A DNA stretch of 64,000 nt from Gemmatimonadota bacterium (GTDB lineage: Bacteria; Gemmatimonadota; Gemmatimonadetes; Palauibacterales; Palauibacteraceae): assembly GCA_965116475.1 (NCBI GenBank), contig OZ220691.1, positions 224,001-288,000 of the forward strand, in the 5' to 3' direction. The notes under the pieces are model-generated. The model did not search any database, was not told where the DNA came from, and saw only the letters and a list, made by a program, of their open reading frames with translations. Both the position numbers and the translations under genes were made by a program. Of the stretch, positions 27,049-36,730 are shown one piece after another (positions within the stretch are counted from its first letter, which is position 1; each line of letters begins with the position of its first letter).

Positions 27049-28554
27049 CTAGTGCGGGTGCCCGTGGTCCGAGACTTCCACATCGCCGAGCGAAGCCAGT
27101 CTCACCTGGTAGGTGCCGACGGCGACCACCTGTTCTCCGACCGCGACGCCGGAGTGCACGATGGTCCACGAACCGTCCGAGGGGCCGGTCTCCACCACCC
27201 GCCGTTGGAACGCCTCGCCGCCGACCTTCACGTAGACTACGGAGAGCCCGTCCTCGTCGAGGATCGCCGGCGCCGGGACGGCTACTCCCTCCACGGGCTC
27301 CCCGAGGAGCAGGTGCCCTTCGGCCAGCATCCCCGCCTTGAGCGCGCCGCCGGGGTTCGCCACCGCGAAGCGCACCGGCAGCGTCCGGCTCCCCGCCTCG
27401 ATGATGCTGCCCACGGACACCAGGCGGTCTGCCGCGTGCGCCCGGGTCGCCCCTTCGACGGTAAACCACGCGCCGCGGACATCGCCGGCCGCTTCGGCGT
27501 AGCGGGCCGGCATCCGCGCGACGAACCACAGGGGATCGGGACGCACCACCGTGAACGCGTGCGTCCCGATGGCGACGTGCGCCCCGGGGGCCACGTGACG
27601 GTCCGCGATCACGCCCCCGATCGGACTCCGAAGCCGGTAGACGTGCGGGCCGGGACCGCCGTCCCCGTCCGCGGAGCGAAGGCCTCCCACGGCCTCGGAC
27701 GCGGCCCGGGCCACCTCGAGGTTGTGGCGGGCCTCCTCCAGGCGGCGCTCGGAGATGGCGCCGGCGGCGAAGAGGCGCTCCGCCCGGTCCGCCTCGCGCT
27801 CGGCCTCCACGACGTCCGCCAGCATGCGGGCATACGAGTCGTCGAGGCTCGTGGGAGCGATCAGCGCCAGCGTCTCCCCCTCCCGCACCGCCTCGCCGGG
27901 GGCCGGCGATGGCCCCTGGACGAGCAGGAGGCCCGCCACCGGCGTCGAGACGTGCGCGAGCCCGCCCGCGGGGGCCGTGACCTCACCGGTCACCGGGATC
28001 GAGTTGGGGATCCGGCGCGTCTCCGCGACCGCCACCTCGAACGGCATCGCCCACTGTTCTTCCTTCGCGAGCGCGATCAGCCCCGGAAGCGGCTGCTCTT
28101 CGTCGTGCGGGAGCGCTTCTTCGCTCTCCCACACCCGCAACTGCCCCACCGGGATCGCGTGGCCCGCGCCGCGGGCCGTAAGGGTCAGGTCCGCCCGCCA
28201 TGTCCCGGTCTCCGTGAGGGTCGGGCTCGCCGTGTAGACGCCCGGGCTCGCCGGAGCCGCGAGCACGATCTCCTCGCGGGCCCCGCCCGGTCCCCGGAGC
28301 AGGAGCACGAGGCGCCCCTCCCGCACCGGCTTCCAGTCCGCCAGCCAGGTGAGGTGGATGGCCCACGGCTCGCTCGCGACGCCCCGCACGTGCGGCGGGT
28401 ACTCGACGAAGAGTTCGAGCGACTCGGTCCAGTGCGTCACCACGCCGCCGCCGGCATGGGAATGAGTGGCGGCCGCCGCCTCGTCGGCGGGCGGCGCATC
28501 GCACCCCGGACTGGAGAGCCCCGCCACCATGGCGACCGCCCGGGTCACGCGCAT
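27049..28554 (-). CDS. Efflux RND periplasmic adaptor subunit (CzcB/CusB-like) with His-rich ends
   Basis: Lipoprotein-like N-terminus, HSH, LRSPIGGVI, SRTLPVRF.V.N....LKAGM, C-terminal DHGHPH. Confidence 0.88.
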   Translation of the reverse strand: MRVTRAVAMVAGLSSPGCDAPPADEAAAATHSHAGGGVVTHWTESLELFVEYPPHVRGVASEPWAIHLTWLADWKPVREGRLVLLLRGPGGAREEIVLAAPASPGVYTASPTLTETGTWRADLTLTARGAGHAIPVGQLRVWESEEALPHDEEQPLPGLIALAKEEQWAMPFEVAVAETRRIPNSIPVTGEVTAPAGGLAHVSTPVAGLLLVQGPSPAPGEAVREGETLALIAPTSLDDSYARMLADVVEAEREADRAERLFAAGAISERRLEEARHNLEVARAASEAVGGLRSADGDGGPGPHVYRLRSPIGGVIADRHVAPGAHVAIGTHAFTVVRPDPLWFVARMPARYAEAAGDVRGAWFTVEGATRAHAADRLVSVGSIIEAGSRTLPVRFAVANPGGALKAGMLAEGHLLLGEPVEGVAVPAPAILDEDGLSVVYVKVGGEAFQRRVVETGPSDGSWTIVHSGVAVGEQVVAVGTYQVRLASLGDVEVSDHGHPH

Positions 28555-28718
28555 GACACCTCCTGGATTGCGAACCTGTCCCGTCCGTTCAACGTTGCCC
28601 GACCCCCGGCCGGGGGCCAGAGCGGCCGAAACCTCGGCCCGGGGACGGCCCGTACTGTTCAGTGGCTGCCGGCCTCGCCACGTTGAAGCGTACGCCATGC
28701 GCGGAAGAGGGAGACCTG

Positions 28719-28781
28719 ATGAGAAAGATCGCCATCGCCGTCGCCGTGATCGTCATTCGGAAGCTGCTCAAGAAGCTCTGA
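28719..28781 (+). CDS. Putative 20-aa small cationic/hydrophobic peptide MRKIAIAVAVIVIRKLLKKL
   Basis: AGGGAG 5 nt before ATG; 17 of 19 post-Met codons end in G/C; followed by a hairpin. Confidence 0.55.
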   Translation: MRKIAIAVAVIVIRKLLKKL

Positions 28782-28795
28782 CGGCGGAACGGAAC

Positions 28796-28821
28796 TCCCG
28801 GTGACCCGCGGGTTCCCGGGA
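28796..28821. terminator. GC-rich hairpin between the small ORF and convergent lepB
   Basis: TCCCGG-TGACCC-GC-GGGTTC-CCGGGA; no clear U-tract. Confidence 0.35.
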
Positions 28822-28838
28822 CACTGCGTTAGTCCGGA

Positions 28839-29609
28839 CTAGTCGGGCGACGGTCCGATCCGTCCCGGCCTCATCGCCGTGAGGAACCGCAGCGGCCTCA
28901 GCGCCTCACGGTCGTACGAGTAGTAGATGAAGAAGGGCCGGCCCCGCATCTTCCCGCGCTCGACGAACCCCCAGTAGCGCGAATCGAGGCTCTCCTCCCG
29001 GTTGTCCCCCAGCATGAAGTAGCGTTCCGGCGGCACCACGAGCGGTCCCCAGTTGTCCCGCGTGGGTTCGTACTCGCCCCGCTCCGGGTCCGGAATCAGG
29101 TGCGCCAGTTGCCACAGCATCCGGGGATCCCCTTCATCCAGTTGTCGCGGATTGCGGCGGACGTACGGTTCGTCGACGGCGACGCCGTTCCGGAAGAAGA
29201 CGCCTCTTTCCATGTGCAGCGTGTCGCCGGGCAAACCCACGGTTCGCTTGACGATGTCCAGCCCCGGGGAATGGTCCGCCCTGAACACGATGATGTCCCC
29301 GTACTCCGGCTCGGCGTATCCCGGCACGCGAGCGCTCGTAAACGGGATCGGCGCACCGAGCGATGTCTTGTTCACGAGCAGAAAATCGCCGACCAGCAGC
29401 GTCCCCTCCATCGACCCCGACGTGATCACGAACGTCGCCAGCAGGAACGTCCTGAAGAAGATGAAGATGAGGAACGCGACGAACAGGGTGCGCGCCCAGT
29501 CGCGGAACCACTCCGCGCTGAACGCCGCCGGAGATGAGGGACGTTCCCGCGCTTCCGCGGCGTCGTCCGCCCCTCCGTTACCGCGCTTCGTTCTGCGACT
29601 TCGTGCCAT
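28839..29609 (-). CDS. lepB: Signal peptidase I
   Basis: TM segment then ITSGSMEGTLLVGD (catalytic Ser), IVKRTVGLPGD (Lys), GDNREESLDSRYWG. Confidence 0.95.
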   Translation of the reverse strand: MARSRRTKRGNGGADDAAEARERPSSPAAFSAEWFRDWARTLFVAFLIFIFFRTFLLATFVITSGSMEGTLLVGDFLLVNKTSLGAPIPFTSARVPGYAEPEYGDIIVFRADHSPGLDIVKRTVGLPGDTLHMERGVFFRNGVAVDEPYVRRNPRQLDEGDPRMLWQLAHLIPDPERGEYEPTRDNWGPLVVPPERYFMLGDNREESLDSRYWGFVERGKMRGRPFFIYYSYDREALRPLRFLTAMRPGRIGPSPD

Positions 29610-29733
29610 GTTTCGGCGTGCTCTCCTGCGGGGGTCGCCGGCGCGCCCGGCGCCCGGCGTGATCGTCGGCTGGGGCGGAGGCTACTCTGCGACCATGTCC
29701 CCCGCCACGCAAACCGCCGACGTTTGAGTGTCG

Positions 29734-32046
29734 TTACATGAGGCCGTCGGAGTATATGTGGAGGCGCCAGATGTTGCCGCCGCGGACGGCGCGGGCGATG
29801 TCGATGCGGAACAGGCCGTCCATGAGCGACAGGCCGAGGCCAACGCTCGACCGCCAGCCCTCCGTGCCGAAGGCATCCACGGGTCCCGCCCAGCCCGCGT
29901 CCCAGAACCCCGTGACCCGGACCGGGCTGCCGCCGATGTCGTACGCGGGATCGCCGATCCGGAAACCGCGCCCCAGTTCGAACCGGCCGAACCAGAAGCT
30001 CTCGCCGCCGTTCGACACCGGGTCGAAGGCCCGGAGCGTGTAGGATCCGCCGAGGTGGAAGCGGCGCTGTGGAGGCGGCTCCCCGAACACCCTTCCCGCT
30101 CCGCCCTCCAGCGCCACAGACCACTGGTTCACGGGGAGCTGCAGCGCCGCGGAAAGCGCGGCGCGCCCGTAGAGATCGAAGTCGCCCGTCGCGGCTTCGC
30201 CCCAGAGGGAGCCACTGAGGATCGGCGTGCCCGGGTCCACCGAAGAAAACGCCCGCAGGCGGCCGGAGACGCCCGCGATGTCGCCGCGCGCGGCCACGAT
30301 GTTGTCCGGGAAGACCGCATCGCCGAAGAGGTTCGGGAGCGAGGCGTCGCTCTGCTTGATGGCGTTCTGGTGGCGCTCCGCGAAGAGCGCCCCCTCCAGG
30401 CGTGTCCGCTTTCCCTGGCGGCTCGCCGAGATCTCGAGGCCGGTCTCCCGGAAGTAGAGGCCTTCATCGTACCCCATGACGAGGCTGTTGAAGGAGTTGC
30501 CGAAGGAGAGCGGACGGCCCCAGTCGCCGAGGTCCGTGAGGCGCCGGTACGCCATGATCCCGAAACCGCCCGTGACCGCCTGGCGCCGCCACCCGACCTC
30601 CACCCCGGGCTCCCACTCCGGGATGCCCACGCGCGGCGTGACCGAAAACTCCGACGTGACGCCCGTCGGCATGGCGAACCGTGCGCTGAACGACAGCCCC
30701 TCGACCCGATTGTAGCGGAGCCTGCGCAGACCCGGAGCCAGATCCAGGCGGGGACCCAGTCCCACGGCGGCGGGGACCTGCAGCGAGGAAAGACGGTCCT
30801 TCAGGTCGTCGAGTTCCGCCTCGGCGAAGGCGTCGACGGTGGCGGAAAAGAGCGGCTCCGGCAGCTCCGGGGACAAGGGGAGTTCCGCGACGGGAGGGAC
30901 GATGATCACGATCGGCCGCACAGCTTCGAGCAGCGAGTCCGGTTCCGCGGTGAGGGGGTCGTCACGCCTGCGCCCGGCCTCGCGCTCCTCCCGGCGCCGG
31001 GTTCGACCTTCCGTCACGGACACGTCGAGCGCCTGTCCCTCGGGCGCGAGGAACTCTTCGTCCCCATCGACCCAGCGCGTCCAGCCCGGTGGCAGATCGT
31101 CTCCCGGATCGAGCAATGGTTCCCGGTCCACGGCGTAGTCCTCGAAGGTCCACTCGTAGCGCACCGGCATGCTCGCGAGATCCGCCATCGTGGCGACCGC
31201 GTCGAAGGCCATGCGATTCGGAAGCCACCAGCGAAGTTCCTGCAGGCCGTAGTCGATCGTGATGAATTCGACCCTGGCGCGGATCGGCTTCACGAAGCCG
31301 GGAACGTCCTCCGCGTCCTCCGGTTCTTCGCGGTCGAAGTCGAACTCGATCGCCGGACGGTAGGCGGCGCGCGTGAGGACCCCTTCGTCGGCGTCGAACC
31401 ACAGCGAGCCGACAATGCGGTCGAAGCGGGCCTCGCGCGGCTCGACGATCGCCTCGATCAGCGTGACCGTGCGGTCGTCCCCCGGGAAGCGGATCCGCAG
31501 CGTATCGCCGGAGCGGTAGCGGTAGTGATAGGCCGCGGTATCGGCCAGGGGATGGAGGGCCCACTCCGAGCCCACCGTCACGTGCTCGCTCGCCGGATCG
31601 ATCATGTCGAAGTCGAGCTCGAACGCGTCGTCGTCGCGCAGGTCGTTCTCGAACTCGACGCCCAGGCCGACGATCGGCACGCCGCGGCGTACCCCCAGCC
31701 AGCGGACGATGTGCTCGCCTTCCGCCGCCCAGCGCAGACGCGCCACCCGCTCCTGGTGGAACATCGCCCGCTCGCGGCGCAGGAACGCGCCGCCCAGCCC
31801 GGCGTAGATGCGCTCGCGGAAGGTCGCCTCGAAGCTCGTCAGCCCTTCGGCCCGAGCCTTGCGCTGCGCCATGGCCCGGTCGATCAGTCCCGCGATCCCT
31901 TCGTCGGCGTAGGCGTCGGACGGAATCGGCCGCGAGACGGGAACAGGCGGCTCCTGGAGGGCGAGCGCGTCGGCTGCGGCGCCCGCGACGGCACCCATAC
32001 ACATCGCCAGCGCCAGCGCGCACCGGGCGACAGAGATTCGTTCCAA
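29734..32046 (-). CDS. Outer-membrane beta-barrel protein (Omp85-like C-terminus; DUF5686-like RYNRVEG motif)
   Basis: Signal peptide, RYNRVEGL, LGGSYTLRAF, FWDAGWA, amphipathic terminal strands. Confidence 0.6.
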   Translation of the reverse strand: MERISVARCALALAMCMGAVAGAAADALALQEPPVPVSRPIPSDAYADEGIAGLIDRAMAQRKARAEGLTSFEATFRERIYAGLGGAFLRRERAMFHQERVARLRWAAEGEHIVRWLGVRRGVPIVGLGVEFENDLRDDDAFELDFDMIDPASEHVTVGSEWALHPLADTAAYHYRYRSGDTLRIRFPGDDRTVTLIEAIVEPREARFDRIVGSLWFDADEGVLTRAAYRPAIEFDFDREEPEDAEDVPGFVKPIRARVEFITIDYGLQELRWWLPNRMAFDAVATMADLASMPVRYEWTFEDYAVDREPLLDPGDDLPPGWTRWVDGDEEFLAPEGQALDVSVTEGRTRRREEREAGRRRDDPLTAEPDSLLEAVRPIVIIVPPVAELPLSPELPEPLFSATVDAFAEAELDDLKDRLSSLQVPAAVGLGPRLDLAPGLRRLRYNRVEGLSFSARFAMPTGVTSEFSVTPRVGIPEWEPGVEVGWRRQAVTGGFGIMAYRRLTDLGDWGRPLSFGNSFNSLVMGYDEGLYFRETGLEISASRQGKRTRLEGALFAERHQNAIKQSDASLPNLFGDAVFPDNIVAARGDIAGVSGRLRAFSSVDPGTPILSGSLWGEAATGDFDLYGRAALSAALQLPVNQWSVALEGGAGRVFGEPPPQRRFHLGGSYTLRAFDPVSNGGESFWFGRFELGRGFRIGDPAYDIGGSPVRVTGFWDAGWAGPVDAFGTEGWRSSVGLGLSLMDGLFRIDIARAVRGGNIWRLHIYSDGLM

Positions 32047-32165
32047 AAGTGCTCTCCAGTTCAGTGCCGACCTGGCGGCGTCGAGGCGGGGGGCTCTCGG
32101 AGCCGCTACGTGTATGTTTGGGTAGACGTTTCAACCTTCGCCCGCGTCACCGGGGAGGAAAGCGC

Positions 32166-32825
32166 GTGGGTCTGTACTCCGAGCACATCTTTCCGCGACT
32201 CATGGAGAGCGGTCTCAAGGGCGAGGTGCATCGCCGGTATCGGCGCCGGGTGCTCTCCCGTGCACAGGGAGAGGTGCTCGAGGTGGGCTTCGGCACGGGC
32301 CTCAATCTCGAATGTTACCCGACGTCGGTTCGCCGCGTCACGGGGATCGACCCCGCGGCCGTGCTCGAACGCCGCGTACACGCCCGCATCGCCCGAGCCC
32401 CCTTCCCCGTCGAGCGCGTGATCCACGACGCCGCCGACCGGCTCCCTTTTCCCGACGAACACTTCGACACGGTGACGAGCACCTGGACGCTGTGTTCGAT
32501 CGATCGGCTCCGCGATGCCCTCCTTGAACTGAGGCGTGCGCTGAAGCCCTCCGGGGAGCTGCTCTTCCTCGAGCACGGCCGGAACGAGAGCGGCTGGGTT
32601 TCGCGCCTGCAGGACACCCTCAACCCCGTCCAGAACGTCGTCGCCTGCGGCTGCAACATAAACCGGAGGATCGACGCCGAGATCGAGCGCGGGGGATTCC
32701 GTATCGTGGACCTCGATCGCTTCACCATGCCCGGGGTGCCCCGGGCGCTGGGTTCCGTCTACCTTGGCGTGGCGAGATCGCGGCGCGGCGGAGGCCTCGC
32801 AGAGCCGCGGCGGGCACGGTCGTGA
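32166..32825 (+). CDS. Class I SAM-dependent methyltransferase
   Basis: VLEVGFGTG, LPFPDEHFDTV, RRALKPSGELLFLEHG; GTG start after GAGGA. Confidence 0.9.
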   Translation: MGLYSEHIFPRLMESGLKGEVHRRYRRRVLSRAQGEVLEVGFGTGLNLECYPTSVRRVTGIDPAAVLERRVHARIARAPFPVERVIHDAADRLPFPDEHFDTVTSTWTLCSIDRLRDALLELRRALKPSGELLFLEHGRNESGWVSRLQDTLNPVQNVVACGCNINRRIDAEIERGGFRIVDLDRFTMPGVPRALGSVYLGVARSRRGGGLAEPRRARS

Positions 32826-32831
32826 CGCGGC

Positions 32832-33191
32832 TCAGCCCTTCAGCGTCTTCGTGGCGAGGGCGGCGCCCGCCGAGCCCGCGACGGCCGGGCCGAGCAGGAA
32901 GAGAAGCGCCAGGCCCCAGTGGCCGGACGGAGGATCCGTCACCGTCACCCAGATGCCGATCGCGCCCAGCAGGGCGAGGCCCCAGCCCGGCGCCAGCCCC
33001 CAGAGGAGGGGCCGCGCGCCGCGGTGCCACCGCGTGAGGCCGAAACCCGCGGAAAAGTACAGGAGACCCCCGAGCGCGATGAGCCCGGGACCGGGTCCGA
33101 CGGGGAGATCCCTGAATACGAGCGCCAGCCCCGCGAGGCCGGCGAGGAGACAGACGATGACCGAGGCGAGGACTTTCAGGGCGGCTCTCAT
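32832..33191 (-). CDS. Small integral membrane protein (about 4 TM), unknown function
   Basis: Four hydrophobic segments in 119 aa; high GC3. Confidence 0.65.
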   Translation of the reverse strand: MRAALKVLASVIVCLLAGLAGLALVFRDLPVGPGPGLIALGGLLYFSAGFGLTRWHRGARPLLWGLAPGWGLALLGAIGIWVTVTDPPSGHWGLALLFLLGPAVAGSAGAALATKTLKG

Positions 33192-33783
33192 GGCGTGCGA
33201 AGATGCGGCGCGATCCGCGGTTTCTCAAACGTCCCCGGCGCCGGCCCTTCGCCGTCGGGCGCTCGCGGTCGCCGTCGCGTTCGCGGCCGTCGTCCACCTC
33301 GTGGGCGCCGCGGGAGCGATGGGCCAGGATGCGGATCCCGAGGGCCGCGGACCGCCGGCCATCGATCTCGAGGCGCTGGCGTGGATCGCGGGCCACTGGG
33401 GCGGGGACGCCTTCGGGGGACAGATCGATGAGGCATGGTTCAGCCCCGCTGGCCGCTCCATGTCCGGCTCCTTCCGCCTCGTCCGCGACGGTCTCGCGGT
33501 CATGTACGAACTCCTGCTGCTGGAACAGGATGACGATGGCGAGATTTACTATCGGTTCAAGCACGTCGGGCGGGGCTGGGAGCCGTGGGAGGAGACGCGG
33601 CTCGAATACCGTCTCACGGCCCTCGAAGGCCGAAAGGCCACCTTCCGGAGCACGGCCGAGGCGCCGCCGCCGAACGCTCCCTGGTGGTTCACGTACGAGA
33701 GCCCGGCAAATGCCGAATTGCTCGTCACCATTCATGGCAGCGCAGGCGGAGATCCGATCGTCCTGTCGATGACAAGGCGATGA
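33190..33783 (+). CDS. Exported protein, DUF6265-like (start uncertain)
   Basis: LAWIAGHWGG...EAWFSP.G.SMSGSFR...MYE...FKH pattern; signal-like RRRALAVAVAFAA. Confidence 0.7.
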   Translation: MACEDAARSAVSQTSPAPALRRRALAVAVAFAAVVHLVGAAGAMGQDADPEGRGPPAIDLEALAWIAGHWGGDAFGGQIDEAWFSPAGRSMSGSFRLVRDGLAVMYELLLLEQDDDGEIYYRFKHVGRGWEPWEETRLEYRLTALEGRKATFRSTAEAPPPNAPWWFTYESPANAELLVTIHGSAGGDPIVLSMTRR

Positions 33784-33850
33784 GGCCGTATCTTTCGGGA
33801 GACGGAAAGCGTTCATCTGGCAGAGAGCCGGGCCCGACCGGGGGAGTCGT

Positions 33851-34675
33851 ATGAGAGTATTGGAGTCGAGCAACAGAGGTGCCCGTTTGGCGGCGCTGAC
33901 CCTCGTCGCGGGAGGCATGCTGGCGGGCGCGCCGGATCCGGTCGCGGCTCAGGAGGAGACGGAGAGGGAGACGGCGGAGCTGCTCGGCCAGGTGGTCAGC
34001 GCCTCGACGGGACTCCCGATCGAAGGGGCCCGCGTGATCCTCCTGGGTTCCGGGTACGGGGCGATCACCGATGCCGAAGGCAACTTCCGCGTCCCCCGGA
34101 CCTGGGCCGGCCGAGACTCGGTCGAGGTGCGGTACATCGGATATGAGGCCGGCTATACGATCATCGACCTCGAGCCGGACCAGACCACGCGCGTCACGCT
34201 GACCCTTTCGAGCACCGTCATTCGCGTCGCGGATCTCACGGTGGAGGTGCGGCAGACCCGCCGCGCGCGGCACGTGGAGGGCTTCCTGGAACGCATGGAC
34301 AAGGGATTCGGGACCTTCTTCACGCCGCGGGACATCATCAATCGTAACCCGCGCCTGCCCAGCGATCTCCTGCGCGGGCTTCCGAACGTCTCGGTGGGCC
34401 GGATCGAATACGGGAGAGCGGAGATTTTCCTTGGAGAAGGCGCCCGGCTCGGATGTCCGCCGGCGCTTTATCTGGACGGGATGTACCAGGCGGGGATGCA
34501 ATTCGACGATCTCGAGAAGGAGGTGCTCGGCGCCGTCGAGGTCTACAGGCGGGACGTCGAGACGCCGATGGAATTCATGCGTACGGGTTCGACCTGCGGC
34601 GCGATCGTGGTCTGGACGCCGGACGGCGCGGGCTTCCTGGATTGGGCCTCGGAACTTCCCGGTCCCTTCGAATAG
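33851..34675 (+). CDS. Carboxypeptidase-regulatory-like domain + TonB-plug-like domain protein (no barrel)
   Basis: GQVVSASTGLPIEGARV..TDAEGNF..VRYIGY; DLLRGLPNV; LYLDG; VEVYR; CGAIVVWT. Confidence 0.75.
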   Translation: MRVLESSNRGARLAALTLVAGGMLAGAPDPVAAQEETERETAELLGQVVSASTGLPIEGARVILLGSGYGAITDAEGNFRVPRTWAGRDSVEVRYIGYEAGYTIIDLEPDQTTRVTLTLSSTVIRVADLTVEVRQTRRARHVEGFLERMDKGFGTFFTPRDIINRNPRLPSDLLRGLPNVSVGRIEYGRAEIFLGEGARLGCPPALYLDGMYQAGMQFDDLEKEVLGAVEVYRRDVETPMEFMRTGSTCGAIVVWTPDGAGFLDWASELPGPFE

Positions 34676-34697
34676 CAGCGCCGGGCAAGACCCCGCG

Positions 34698-35120
34698 TCA
34701 GTCCCGCCCGCCGGCGGGCTCGCCGTTGAGGGTCAGCGTCCATTCGAGTTCCATGTCCTTCCGGAGCGAATGGTAGACCGAGCAGTAGCGTTCGAACGAG
34801 AGCATGACGGCGCGCCGAGCCTTGGCTTCGTCCACTTCCCCGGAGACGTGGAAGTCGAACTGGAGGCCCTTCACGTAGCGCGGCGCCGTATCCGCTCTGC
34901 GCGCCCGCGCCCGGACCGAGAGTCCGGTGAGTTCCTGGCGCCCCTTCTCGAGGATGACGACCACGTCGATTGCGGCGCAGGCGGCGACGGATTCCACCAG
35001 CAGGGCGACCGGGCTGGGGGCGATGCCCTCGTCCCCGTCGATTCGCGTCTCGTGGCCGGCCCGGTCGGCGCTGAACTTGAGCCCGCCGTCCCACCGGATC
35101 TGGATTCCGTCCCTGTTCAT
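34698..35120 (-). CDS. OsmC family protein (YhfA-like)
   Basis: PSPVALLVESVAACAAIDVVVILEK...LSFERYCSVYHSL (two conserved Cys). Confidence 0.88.
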   Translation of the reverse strand: MNRDGIQIRWDGGLKFSADRAGHETRIDGDEGIAPSPVALLVESVAACAAIDVVVILEKGRQELTGLSVRARARRADTAPRYVKGLQFDFHVSGEVDEAKARRAVMLSFERYCSVYHSLRKDMELEWTLTLNGEPAGGRD

Positions 35121-35275
35121 CTCGATCTCCGTGGCTGGTGTTCAGACCTCGGGCAACATAGTACAACACGGTTGGCGGCCCGTGGCAAAACCCTGCGTCC
35201 GGGCCGGGAGCGGGCTGCCGAACCGCTGAAACCGTCCCGGGATGGAGGGCGTACGGGCTTTTCGGGAGGTGCGAC

Positions 35276-35560
35276 ATGCTCGAGTTCATCGGGAATTTTC
35301 TCTGGCTCGCCATCGCCGGCGCCGCTTCGGTCGGCGGTTATGTGACGATGAAGAGGTTCGTGCGCGGACGGCTGCGCTTCGTCGACGGCGTTCACCGGCG
35401 CGGCGTTCCGCTCGTGGCCGGGGTCGCGGGCTGGGGCGTCGGACTGCTGGCCGCGGTGCTGCCGTTGGTCACTCCCCTCACGGCCGTCCTGTTCGGGATC
35501 GGAGTCGGTACCGGCGTGGCGGCGGGCCGCAGGGAGATCAAGCGCCTCCCGAGCCCTTGA
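35276..35560 (+). CDS. Small membrane protein, unknown function
   Basis: GGAGGT RBS; three hydrophobic segments; stop overlaps next start (TTGA). Confidence 0.7.
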   Translation: MLEFIGNFLWLAIAGAASVGGYVTMKRFVRGRLRFVDGVHRRGVPLVAGVAGWGVGLLAAVLPLVTPLTAVLFGIGVGTGVAAGRREIKRLPSP

Positions 35561-36729
35561 CCTTCTCCGCGGACCCGCTGCGCCTCACAACCGTCCTCAC
35601 GGACCTCGTCTCCACCAACTCGGTGAACCCGTCCCTCGTGGAGGGGGCCCCCGGCGAGGCGGAGATCGCGACACTCACGATGCGGCACCTGCTCGAGGCG
35701 AGCCTCGAAGTGACCCGGTACGAGCCGGAGGCGGGCCGGCCGAGCATCGTCGGGCGCCTCGAGGGCGCGGGGGAAGGGCCGGCGCTGATGCTGAACGCCC
35801 ACTACGACACGGTCGGCGTGGAGGGCATGGACGCGCCGTTCTCGCCGAGCATACGGGACGGTCGGCTCTACGGACGCGGCGCCTACGACATGAAAGGGGC
35901 GCTGGCCGCCTGTATCGAGGCCGCCCGCCTCCTCCGCGAATCCGAAACGCGCCTTGCCGGCGATGTCCTCGTGGCCGCGGTGGCCGACGAGGAGTACGCG
36001 AGCCTGGGCACCGCGGACCTGCTCGAACGGCGCGCGCGGGGGGAACTCGCCTTCGACGCCGCGATCGTCACCGAGCCCACATCGCTGGAGTTGTGCGTGG
36101 CCCACCGCGGATTCACGTGGGTCGAGATCGTGACGCGCGGACGCGCCGCCCACGGAAGCCGCTACGGGGACGGCATCGATGCGAACCTGCGCATGGGACG
36201 CGTCCTGCACCGGCTGGAGGCGTTCATTGAGGAGCTCCAGTCCCGGCCGGGGCACCCCCTCCTCGGCCCGCCGTCGATGCACGCGGCGCTGGTGGAGGGC
36301 GGGAGCGGGATCAGCACCTACTCCCCGCGCTGCACGCTCAAGGTCGAGCGGCGGACCGTGCCGCCCGAGACGCGGGAGTCCGTGGAGGGCGAGATCGCGG
36401 CCCTGATCGAGGATCTGCGCGCGGAGGACCCATCCCTCGAGGTCGACTGGTCGACCTTCTTCCACCGCGAGCCCTTCGAGACGACGCCGGAGGCGCCGGT
36501 CGCGGCCTGCGTATCGCGCGCCGTCCGCACCGTGTTCGGCCGGATGCCGGATGTCATCGGCGATTCCCCCTGGATGGACTCCGCCCTGACGCAGGCCGCG
36601 GGCGTCGACAGCGTCGTGATCGGCCCGCACGGCGCGGGCGCGCATGCCGACGAGGAATGGGTGGACCTCGAATCGTGTGCGCGGCTGGCCGAAATCCTCG
36701 CCGGGGCGGCCGCCGACTACTGCGCCTGA
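35557..36729 (+). CDS. M20 family ArgE/DapE-type deacylase
   Basis: LNAHYDTV, YGRGAYDMKG, ADEEYAS, TEPT, GRAAHGS, AHADEEWV. Confidence 0.92.
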   Translation: MTFSADPLRLTTVLTDLVSTNSVNPSLVEGAPGEAEIATLTMRHLLEASLEVTRYEPEAGRPSIVGRLEGAGEGPALMLNAHYDTVGVEGMDAPFSPSIRDGRLYGRGAYDMKGALAACIEAARLLRESETRLAGDVLVAAVADEEYASLGTADLLERRARGELAFDAAIVTEPTSLELCVAHRGFTWVEIVTRGRAAHGSRYGDGIDANLRMGRVLHRLEAFIEELQSRPGHPLLGPPSMHAALVEGGSGISTYSPRCTLKVERRTVPPETRESVEGEIAALIEDLRAEDPSLEVDWSTFFHREPFETTPEAPVAACVSRAVRTVFGRMPDVIGDSPWMDSALTQAAGVDSVVIGPHGAGAHADEEWVDLESCARLAEILAGAAADYCA

Positions 36730-36730
36730 T

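Noticed and set aside
28560-28700. Assignment as a NiCo (czcD) riboswitch
   Set aside because: The location fits, but I cannot match the conserved junction nucleotides by eye; kept only as an unnamed structured element
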